A DNA stretch of 60,633 nt from Nemertoderma westbladi (Eukaryota > Animalia > Xenacoelomorpha). This document shows, one piece after another, positions 1 through 10,215 of the stretch. The notes under the pieces are model-generated. The model was not told where the DNA came from. It was given only the letters and a program-made list of their open reading frames with translations, and searched no databases. A program made the translations under genes and the position numbers. The stretch is from NCBI GenBank assembly GCA_032718475.1, contig JAUCBJ010008283.1, forward strand, positions 1 to 60,633, written 5' to 3'. The stretch's first letter is position 1. Every line of letters begins with the position of its first letter.

Positions 1-164
1 AAAAAAAAAAAAAAAAATGGTAAAGATTAACCAGATTTAGCAATCAATTTGGTGTTACACCTTTATTGGTGTCGTTACGGAATTACAAACCAGATCGTTA
101 CGGAATTTCGTGCGAATGTGAGAAGTTATTGAACTGGGATAATTGTCATCGTGATATACATACA

Positions 165-276
165 ACACCATGCCCCGGAATATAGTGTCGCAATTCAATG
201 ACACGACAAGTGTTGGGGGGGGGGGGGGGGGGGGGGTCGTGTCATTGAATTACGCACTATATTCCGGACATGGTGT
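165..276. repeat. ~42-bp imperfect inverted repeat enclosing a G22 run (mini foldback)
   Basis: ACACCATGCCCCGGAATATAGTGTCGCAATTCAATGACACGAC (165-207) is the near reverse complement of GTCGTGTCATTGAATTACGCACTATATTCCGGACATGGTGT (236-276); poly-G at 215-236. Confidence 0.85.
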
Positions 277-432
277 ATAAAAATGGCAATATAATACAAT
301 ACTTTGAATGCCAATGTTAGAGGTAACTATAGAAAATAACAGTTAGTATTCTGGGTAAAGGGGGGGGGGGGGTGGTGGTACTGTATATCAATGATAATCA
401 TAAGGTTTCTATGCATTGTATATTGAATACAA

Positions 433-1715
433 AACTAACGTCTCGCAGTGTACCAGTCTACACCAACACTAACGTCTCGCTGTGTACCAGTCTACACGTC
501 ACGCAATGTACCAGTCTACACCAACACTAACGTCGTGCAGTGTACCAGTCTACACCAACACTAATGTCTCGCTGTGTACCAGTTTAAACCAACACTAAAG
601 TCTCGCAGTGTACCAGTCTACACCAACACTAATGTCTCGCTGTGTACCAGTCTAAACCAACACTAACGTCTCGCTGTGTACCAGTCTACACGTCACGCAA
701 TGTACCAGTCTACACCAACACTAACGTCGTGCAGTGTACCAGTCTACACCAACACTAACGTCACGCAGTGTACCAGTCTACGCCAACACTAACGTCTCGC
801 AGTGTACCAGTCTACACAAACACTAACGTCTCGCAGTGTACCAGTCTACACCAACACTAACGTCTCGCAGTGTACCAGTCTACACCAACACTAACGTCTC
901 GCAGTGTACCAGTCTACACCAACACTAACGTCTCGCTGTGTACCAGTCTACACCAACACTAACGTCTCGCTGTGTACCAGTCTACACCAACACTAAAGTC
1001 TCGCAGTGTACCAGTCTACACCAACACTAGCGTCTCGCTGTGTACCAGTCTACACCAACACTAACGTCTCGCAGTGTACCAGTCTACACCAACACTAACG
1101 TCTCGCAGTGTACCAGTCTACACCAACACTAACGTCTCGCTGTGTACCAGTCTACACCAACACTAAAGTCTCGCAGTGTACCAGTCTACACCAACACTAA
1201 CGTCTCGCAGTGTACCAGTCTACACCAACACTAATGTCTCGCTGTGTACCAGTCTACACCAACACTAACGTCTCGCAGTGTACCAGTCTACACCAACACT
1301 AACGTCTCGCTGTGTACCAGTCTACACCAACACTAACGTCTCGCAGTGTACCAGTCTACACCAACACTAACGTCTCGCTGTGTACAAGTCTACACCAACA
1401 CTAACGTCTCGCAGTGTACCAGTCTACACCAACACTAACGTCTCGCTGTGTACCAGTCTACACCAACACTAACGTCTCGCTGTGTACCAGTCTACACGTC
1501 ACGCAATGTACCAGTCTACACCAACACTATCGTCGTGCAGTGTACCAGTCTACACCAACACTAATGTCTCGCTGTGTACCAGTCTACACCAACACTAATG
1601 TCTCGCTGTGTACCAGTCTCCACCAACACTAACGTCTCGCTGTGTACCAGTCTACACCAAAACTAACGTCTCGCTGTGTACCAGTCTACACCAACACTAA
1701 CGTCTCGTTGTGTAC
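433..1715. repeat. 34-bp minisatellite, ~38 copies
   Basis: Unit AACACTAACGTCTCGC(A/T)GTGTACCAGTCTACACC repeated head-to-tail, with a few shortened units. Confidence 0.97.
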
Positions 1716-3446
1716 AAGCTACTTAGTGTGCTATCATTGGCTTGAAATGTATATTCATGTTGGATAACATTGGCTTGAAATGTATATTCATGTTGGCGTT
1801 GGCCCCGTGTCATGGTATATCTTTGACCATACTGCCTACAATACTGCCGACTTGCTAATAATATTCAACAAATGTGGCGCAACCGCCACATATTGTCTAC
1901 TTGTGGTAACCTAATAGAAATAGTATTATTTATTAGGACCAAATTAACCACTTTCTGATGTTATGTGCCCTTACTCTATTATTTTAAGCGTTATGTGCGT
2001 CGATATTAATGATTTTATTTATGGCAATATTATAGCGCCGGGGACATCCCGGATTTTAATATATATATAATGTAACCGCTGTATTCCCAGCGGTTAGAAG
2101 AAGATAATAATTTAGAATTTGAATATCACATGTTGCGTAGTATAAAAGCTATTTTAAAAATGTCATGTTTTCGTTACGGAATTCCGAAATTCGCAATAGC
2201 TTTTTGTTATTTTTTCAAGCGAAGTTGATTGCTTTTTAGAAAATCAATATAAACATATTTCTCAACTACAACCGAGGTTGAACCATCACTCACACAGTCA
2301 ATTAGACAGACTAGGATTAATGATATTTATAATGTCTGTATTTTTGCCTTAATTGTAGGCAAAATTCGCACAGCGATTTTGGAAGATGTAAAAAAATGTC
2401 CAGTCAATTTCAACTTGCAAGTAGGAGCCCACACAAAGCGGAATTTGCTTCTAATTTCTCATTTCAGATACTTTAGGATGTTAGGCATGAGATCCAATCA
2501 TTAAAAAGATTATCTGCGAATGTTTTTTATGAGCCCCTATGTCGTGAAATTCATGTACTGTGGGGCGAGCCACGAAGTCAGCGAAGCCTTAGCATAAGGG
2601 TACCATTAACGAGTTGTCTGTCGTCCTCTGTCGTCGTCGTTGTCATCGTAAATTTTTAATCGTTAATAACTCGGTTCTTCCTTGATGAAATTAAACGAAA
2701 CTTGGTACGTATGTAGTTCGGAAAAAGTTTAGAAAGAATCTCAAGTTTGGTCAAAAACGAACAAACGCAACGAGTCTACAGTGGATACGAGTATCCTTCT
2801 GCCATAAATCAGCAGTTACTCTCACAGTTTCGAGACTTTACACAGTTATAAAGGTCGTTAGTCTCCGTTTAGGGAAATTATCTTAAGACAAAACAGGACG
2901 AGCGCAACGAGGCTAATGAAGGAGAAAGGTACTGTAAAACTTAAAATGTCATACTTAACTTAAGTAGCCCTAGTTAGAAGGTTTACAAATGACATTTAAT
3001 GTGTGTAAGGGCAAACTGAAATGGATCTCTATTTTTACAACTAGTTTATCACAAAATAATAGCATCGCCTTCACTCATACAAATTTTAGGAAAGACAGTT
3101 TTCGTATATCTAATAGAGATTAGTATAATGTACTTTCTAATGTAGGCTCTCGTGCTGCGCGAACGTTTATAAATCGCCTAAAAAACTGTAAAAATATTTA
3201 CTTAATTATAGAAAGGGATGCGGTAGCTAATATGTAGTAAATGTAAAAACTTAAAGTTAATACTGTCGGTTTGAGTTACGAATCTGTGTATAGGTTCATG
3301 TTAGTGATATGTGCGTTGTGGATAAACAAACTGTATTAAATTTATTAAACTTAATTTATCAAACTGTATTAAACTAAATGGAAATTTAGGGATGTTTGAA
3401 AGGATTTCTATTTAGAACACAACAATCAAACAGCAGGAACTGCTGG

Positions 3447-4188
3447 CAGGCCGCTGCCCCATCTTTGACTCCCAGGCCGCTGCCCCATCTTATACTCCCA
3501 TGCCACTGCCCCATCTTCGACTCCCATGCCGCTGCCCATTCTTCGACTCCCATGCCGATGCCCCATCTTCGACTCCCATGCCGCTGCCCCATCTTCTGCT
3601 CCCAGGCCGCTGCCCCATCTTCGACTCCCAGGCCACTGCCCCATCTTTGACTCGCAGGCTGCTGCCCCATCTTCGACTCCCAGGCCGCTGCCCCATCTTC
3701 GACTCCCAGGCCACTGCCCCATCTTTGACTCGCAGGCTGCTGCCCCATCTTCGACTCCCAGGCCGCTGCCCCATCTTCGACTCACAGGCCGCTGCCCCAT
3801 CTTCGACTCCCAGCCCGCTGCCCTATCTTCGACTACCATACCGCTGCCCCATCTTCGACTCCCAGGCCGCTGTCCCATCTTCGACTCCCAGGCCGCTGCC
3901 CCATCTTCGATTCCCAGGCCGCTGCCCCATCTTCGACACCCAGGCCGCTGCCCCATCTTCGACTCCCAGGTCGCTGCCCCATCTTCGACTCCCAGGCCTC
4001 TGCCCCATCTTCGACTCCCAGGCCTCTGCCCCATCTTCGACTCCCAGGCCGCTGCCCCATCTTGGACTCCCAGGCTTCTGCCACATCTTCGACTCCCAGG
4101 CCTCTGCCCCATCTTCGACTCTCAGGCTGCTCCCCCATCTTCGACTCCCAGGCCACTGCCCCATCTTCAACTCCCAGGCCGCTGCGCC
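3447..4188. repeat. 26-bp GC-rich minisatellite, ~28 copies
   Basis: Unit CCCAGGCCGCTGCCCCATCTTCGACT; it explains the many overlapping repetitive ORFs here. Confidence 0.97.
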
Positions 4189-4883
4189 ACTTAACTCTTG
4201 AAAGAACTTTGTACATTGAAAATAACAAAAAAACTGTAAGACAAACACTTTAATCTATTACCTGATAGACTTTGGCCTGAGAAGCCTGTAAATCTTTTAA
4301 AATGTAAAAGACTGCTATTGGTCTTTTGTAAAAAAAAAGAAGATAAACTTGAGCGCTGAAAATACATTTTGACTTTGGTTGTTCAGCTCAATAATTAATC
4401 TGCTGTGTCGAGATTGGTGAATTCTAGAGTTAATTATCACCTCTTGTCATGTGTTGTTTTTACAGAGTTTTATAAAGAATCTGTTTCCCGTAGGCCTTGT
4501 GTGACTTAACTTCTTTTGTTACGGGTTCAAGAGTTCCCGGTGGAATCACTTGTTAGTTCTTGATTAAAGAGATACCTTCGCTTCTCTGCAGTTTCTAACC
4601 AGTGAATTTTATCTGTCTAGACCAACCTATAGAATCTGTTTATTGGTAGTGCCCGAATGGATTCTTACTCTGAATGAATATTGCTCTGCTATCCGTCAAC
4701 AACTGCATGAATAAAGGCCCATTTATACTCGGGCGTACGAGAATGTTGCACGGCGGCCGTGAGGTCAACGTACCCAACGACCCAAAGCTTATCAAATTTC
4801 ACATATACGTATACCGGTACACTCGGCATGAAAAATGGTGTTACTTTGCCTTATATTTTACAAAATAATAATGAAATTCTTGC

Positions 4884-5833
4884 TATTATTATTATTAATT
4901 ATATTCATACTCCCAGTTGCGGGGTACAGATACCGGTAATAGATTCGAATACAAGAATATAGTATATATATATATATATAGCACAAACAAGACCTACTGT
5001 AAAATATAGATAGAGGAATAATAAATATGTAATACTATACATAAGAGTACTTTTCAGGCCCACGTATATATATATATTTAATTTACACAAACATTAATAA
5101 AAATTTGTTCTAACTCATACTGGGTGAAACCAGGTATCTCGATTAAATTATACCTACAGTCTACAATTTCCCTACAAATGTTAATATCCGACACACGAGA
5201 ATCATCTACGTACCACCTAAATTTATTACACAATTTAACTGTTAGATTAGATAAGCAACCATTATTACAAGTACGTGATATCTGTCTTAAATTTTTACCT
5301 GAAACCGACCTACAGTCAAAAAATGACAGATTGGCTAGAAAACGAATCGATGGTTTGGAACTATGTAACAGCTTATTAGCGAACTGTACAAATCTACCAC
5401 ACACCATTGAAAACGGATATGAGAAATGCACCAAACCTTCCACAATATAGCGATGTGCATTAACCGGTAAACCCCAAACTAATCTAGTGTTAATGTTCCA
5501 TGATTTAATAATGCGTTGAGCTTCATTAGACCATAGATCCCATAGTTGGCTGCCATAGAAATCTGTGGCATATATACGTTGAAGTTCACTGATACAAGAA
5601 GGATGAGCAAAGCCAAACTCTTGTCTCAGCGAACTCAATTTACCAATAAATTGTCCCCGCTTATATAAAATATCAAACGAACTTGCACCAGAATAATGTA
5701 AAATGTTTCCTAAATATTTAGCTTGTTGTACCCATGGTAGGTCGCGGCTATATAATTTAACACAAACTGAAGGTTCTACCCATACTCTATTAAACGGTAT
5801 ACACTTAGATTTGCTCTTTCTCGGGTCGGGATC
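4884..5833 (-). mobile_element. 3' part of an APE-RT non-LTR retrotransposon (LINE), split by the LTR insertion
   Basis: Open frame 5833-5078 reads DPDPRKSKSKC...LPWVQQAKYLG...FYGSQLWDLW... and continues in frame from FSTDP at 16741-16736. The 3' UTR ends near an (AAT)n run at ~4885-4896; this end is approximate. Confidence 0.88.
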
Positions 5834-7063
5834 TGTTCGCGCTTTTGAAGACCTTTAGCAGTTTAACCTGCCAAAATTTATATGTCTTTTAGTTAATTAA
5901 CACACCTTTAGCATACGACAATATTTTATGCTAATAAACAAAACATTAGCCGAAGCCAGCCCATGCGCGATCATTCACCCGATGGATCTACACCCGGGAG
6001 GCTGAATTCGGATGCTTAGATTTTATTATTGCAGTGTAAGGTTGCAGTGTAAGCCTACTGTATTATTCGATTGATCGCTAATATGTAATTTCTGACAGAT
6101 ATTATTAACTTTCGGGAAATATTAACAGTTCCTTTAGGACGTGGCGCTCTATCTATTTAAACAGAGCTAGGACTTATACTAAACGCAACGATAAGGCTTA
6201 TGATTAAAGTATAAGTCGCATTCTTTAGGAAATGCTTTGTTACCAGTCACATCACACTCACAATTATGCACACTATTCTGCCGACCGTCAGTATATTTGA
6301 TCACACATAAAGAGAATAGCAATTGACTCAGGTAGTGTCTACTAAATAACATTAGATTCAATACACACCACATTGATATAAATCGCAATTGTTATATATA
6401 GCCCGCCTCTCTAACCTGTAGTGTATCAAGAAAATTGGGAATTTTGGGTGATTTATCCGTATTCTCCAAAGAGCAATATTTCCATCAACAAATAGATACA
6501 ATTAATAACTGACGGTAAATAGCAGTACAAACAATATGATTAGTGCAGTTAAATTAAGTGAGGTAACACCGCCGGTAACAGTTATACTTTCTATAATCTA
6601 AGCAGTTTTACTAGAGTTCTTAGAGCCGGTGTTTCTGGCTTAGACAGCAATAACAACAAAGTATCAAGTAAAAACAGTAAGACTGAACACTCTCCTTATG
6701 ATCGGCCGAAAAGCTACACGTCGACAGGAAAAATCGCTCTGATTGGCTCAAGCCAAACAAAGAACCATGCATCCAATGGCTGTTTCCATGTCAGCAACCA
6801 GCTGTTAGATGTCGTAATATGAATCATCACGGCTAAGCTGTGAAAGGTAGTTGGTACATTACAGGTTTTTTGCCTTACCATGTCCGCCAAAACACGTATA
6901 TAGCAGAATGACTTTTATGTCCGTTAAAACACCTGTAACGGTACCTTGCGGGCGAGGGGAATATATATACAGTTAGAGAACCTTTTTAGAGTATTCCAGC
7001 GCCTGGGGGGAAACTGGATTGCGAAGCAAAAGGGGCCAGTTATATCCCACAGAAGCTTTTACA
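5834..7063 (-). repeat. 3' LTR (1230 bp)
   Basis: Direct copy of 15506-16735 (offset 9672); minus-strand ends TGTAAAAG...GCGAACA. Confidence 0.97.
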
Positions 7064-7071
7064 CCGCTCCC
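7064..7071 (-). other. Putative short polypurine tract GGGAGCGG
   Basis: Purine-rich 8-mer directly abutting the start of the 3' LTR on the minus strand. Confidence 0.5.
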
Positions 7072-7141
7072 AGAAAATGGGATTTGAGTCTATAAATATA
7101 CAAAAATCACAGTTTCTAATATACGTAAATACTCTAAACAG

Positions 7142-8305
7142 TTAGTCTTTCTTGCGCGGACGGCGTTTACGCAGTTTTTTAAAGCTAGCAAGAGTCCTTT
7201 TCTCTTTGGGGCGAGCCACTTTACGAGGAGGGCTATAACTCCTGGGTGAAGGGTGCAATATGATTGCATCAGAAGGTATGGGATTGCGATCGGTATATCC
7301 GCCGGTCGAAGTACCGGGTTGATTGACATCAACGTCCGGGGAGAGGGGTCTAACGGCTTTGAGAGCTCGTTTCAAGACAGCCGCTCTTACGGGTCCTTTA
7401 CGAGTGGTCTGAACGAGGGCCGTGGGTGGACCATAGGCAGTTAGAAACTTCCTTGGTTTAATGGTTTTTTCCAACTCGCGTTCGCGGGCTCTGTACTCGT
7501 AAGGCCGTCGATATACTTCCTGTAACTCAGGGTGTGAGTTGACAAATAAGTCTCCATAGGCCGGATCTTGACGGATAAAGTTTATTAAGTTATACGAATT
7601 GATGTCACTCGGATTAATGCTCCTGAGGAATTTGCATACATATTTGGTTGAAATACATTCTCCAACGCGCTTCAATAGTTCATAACTTGATATGCGTGAT
7701 TTCTGTTCAACCGAAGCGAATAGATAAGGATGTAACGCATAAACTCCTTCGTAAGCGCGTCCGGGATAATAGCGATGGCGCGAATCACAATATAAATCAG
7801 TGTTCGCTTCCCAAGCTCTGATGTAACGTAGTGTGATCATTTCATCTACGCTTTCCAAATCGTGATTAAAAGGGCAATCGAAACTGGCATGTCCCTTTAG
7901 TTGACAATGGTGACATTGAGTCATAAATTGAGGGCAAACCGCAAAAATGTGCAAATTATTAAATCTGCAATACGCGCAATAAATTTCCATCGCCGGTTGT
8001 TCGTGGAAATAGGAACAGCGGACGTTTGTGTCCATGGGCGTAACATGGTCTCTCGATGCGCATAACCGACAACGTTGCCGAGAAACATAGTTGGCATGGC
8101 GATAATCGTACGCAGTGAGACACTGTGGACCTTGATACCATTCTAGGATGTAATCGTTGTCGCTGTTCCGAGCGCGATAGGCTGAATCTCCTCAGATTCT
8201 AGGCATATTGGTTCGTCTTCCCAGTCTGTTACGAATAGAATTTTCGTGATCTATTCTCGGTTTATCGTTACGACTCCGCTGGGTATGATATTTAAATAGA
8301 ACCAT
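7142..8305 (-). CDS. Accessory ORF of the LTR element: zinc-knuckle protein with basic C-terminus (297 aa from ATG 8035; ~387 codons from ATG 8305 with one in-frame TGA)
   Basis: Knuckles CRLCASRDH..C, CAYCRFNNLHIFAVC and CHHCQLKGHASFDC; tail KKLRKRRPRKKD. The frame upstream of 8035 is open to TGA 8194-8192, then open again to ATG 8305. Confidence 0.65.
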
Positions 8306-8591
8306 TTCCCTTTAGGGTGTCTACATCGTCCGTATCATGTAAATCGATAGGATGGCCGGTAGTTAAGAAGTCCATATACGTACCATTACGATGCGTATAG
8401 CGAGCGGTTAATTTTCGATAGTCCAATTCACGCGTAAGTTGCTCTTGGGACATCGGCGGTTCGATATAACGACCATCGTCCTCCGTAATAGTCGGATCGG
8501 CTTCACCGCGTATCAAGCTATCCACAAACGCTTGTAAAGGTAGAGTATATCGCTCTCTAATACCAAGGTCATCTTCTATTAATTCCGCCAT
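8292..8591 (-). CDS. Small acidic accessory ORF (99 aa) of the LTR element, unknown function
   Basis: ATG start, coding-like composition, 14-nt overlap with the start of the zinc-knuckle ORF. Confidence 0.45.
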   Translation of the reverse strand: MAELIEDDLGIRERYTLPLQAFVDSLIRGEADPTITEDDGRYIEPPMSQEQLTRELDYRKLTARYTHRNGTYMDFLTTGHPIDLHDTDDVDTLKGNGSI

Positions 8592-10215
8592 ATCTGCTAT
8601 CTGAGTTTATTAATATTAGTATGAGTCAATATTTAGGCAAGCGGGCGTCGCTGCCTACTAGTCTTTGACCCCGGACAGTGGGTTTCTCAGCGCCGATGTA
8701 CCGTTGTCGCGGTGTTTGCGCCAACATGTAGCAACAGCACGACAACGATAATCGACACAAGTCCCACCACTGTCCGTCCCAAAGGCTTGAATCCACTTGA
8801 GGTTATCTCGGTAGAGTTAGGGCTATTTTACAATTGCGATTAGCTACTGTAAACACACTTTAGTAGTAACATTCACCTATAAACGCACAAATTCCATACA
8901 ATGATTACTTACTGCACACATGCATGCCATTTGTCCGTTAGTCAGTGTCTTCCAGAATGTCACGTTATTACTATGTATCCTTGGATACTAATAGTGCGCT
9001 AGGTATACTCTTATGCTACGCAATGGGGCAAGCTTTTATTTGTCCTTTAACTTGTTTCTAATTCTAGCGTGGGTGTTGCCATGGTGACATTATGGAAAAC
9101 TAGCGGTAGAATTAGGGCAATCCTCATGCATACAGATCTGGGATGTTATTTAATAGTAATTCTTTAATTGTCAATATCCTCTTTATGCATGATTTTATAA
9201 ATTTTATCGGCTATTGACTATATGTTGGAGATTCTCACACTCTAGTACACTCAATATGAATCTCCGCTCCCATGATCTATTAATTACTGGAATTTTGGGA
9301 ATATTATAAATTGTACAAAATGACAATTTATGAAATTCATTTGAATATGAATTTAAATTTATTCCCGTGAATTTCATTATTTGATATTAAATCGACACAA
9401 ATTTTATTCCAGAGCATATCTGTGGGCTTAGGATCCTCAATTCTATAAAATAGTCCTTCTAAGAATATCGGTAAATACCGCGATATCTCAATTGACTAGA
9501 AATTTTAAAGGATCGGGATTTTGCAGATTTTAATAAAATATTAAATTAATATTTAGGATGGGCACCGATTTATTCCAGAACTTGTCTGGGGACGCCAACC
9601 ACTGATTCTAGAATCTGTCTTTCAAGTGTATCGGTGGGTGCCACGATATCTTAATCGACTAGAATTACAGATGGTCAAAAATTTAACAGATTTATTTGCG
9701 ATTGACGCTACTGTTAGAGGGACATCACGCTACTATATGTATTATTTGTTATAAGGTAGAAGAGCAATATCGCACGAAGCAATGTCAGTGTGAAGAGGCA
9801 AGTCGTTTCCAAGGTCTACCCAGAGCTTGGTTTAGCCGAGACACGAGGATCTGAACTTTGCATTCCTAATACTCTGCCTACCAATAATACTTAAATATAG
9901 TAGTGGCTTTATTGTACTTTAATAAGTACGGACATTTCATCTTACTGTAGTCACGTATTTATAATATGATACGGACAGTAAGGAAAGAGAAAAAATAATT
10001 ATTTCTCGCCGTCGCACTAAATATATATTATAAATAATTACGTACGTAATAAACACTAATATATTGCACTAATCTACTAAATAATCCCTAAAATAACATT
10101 CTACCAAATAAAATTAAAGAAAACGATTATAATAATATTACATAATAATACATACATAAATATAAAATAAAAACAAATATAAAATGATATAGTCACACAC
10201 CCACTCCATATGTTA

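Noticed and set aside
2468-2570. Possible upstream TRPC exon (SPYVVKFMY resembles SPFxKF)
   Set aside because: No open frame with suitable splice sites; the region looks like the start of an interspersed repeat with a GTC microsatellite.
3386-4253. Ten overlapping ORFs
   Set aside because: Artefacts of the 26-bp minisatellite.
6179-6388. Identical 69-aa ORF here and at 15851-16060
   Set aside because: Non-ATG start inside the LTR; it is duplicated only because the LTR is.
7142-8035. Envelope gene interpretation of the extra ORF
   Set aside because: No signal peptide, fusion peptide or transmembrane anchor, and it carries zinc knuckles and a basic tail.
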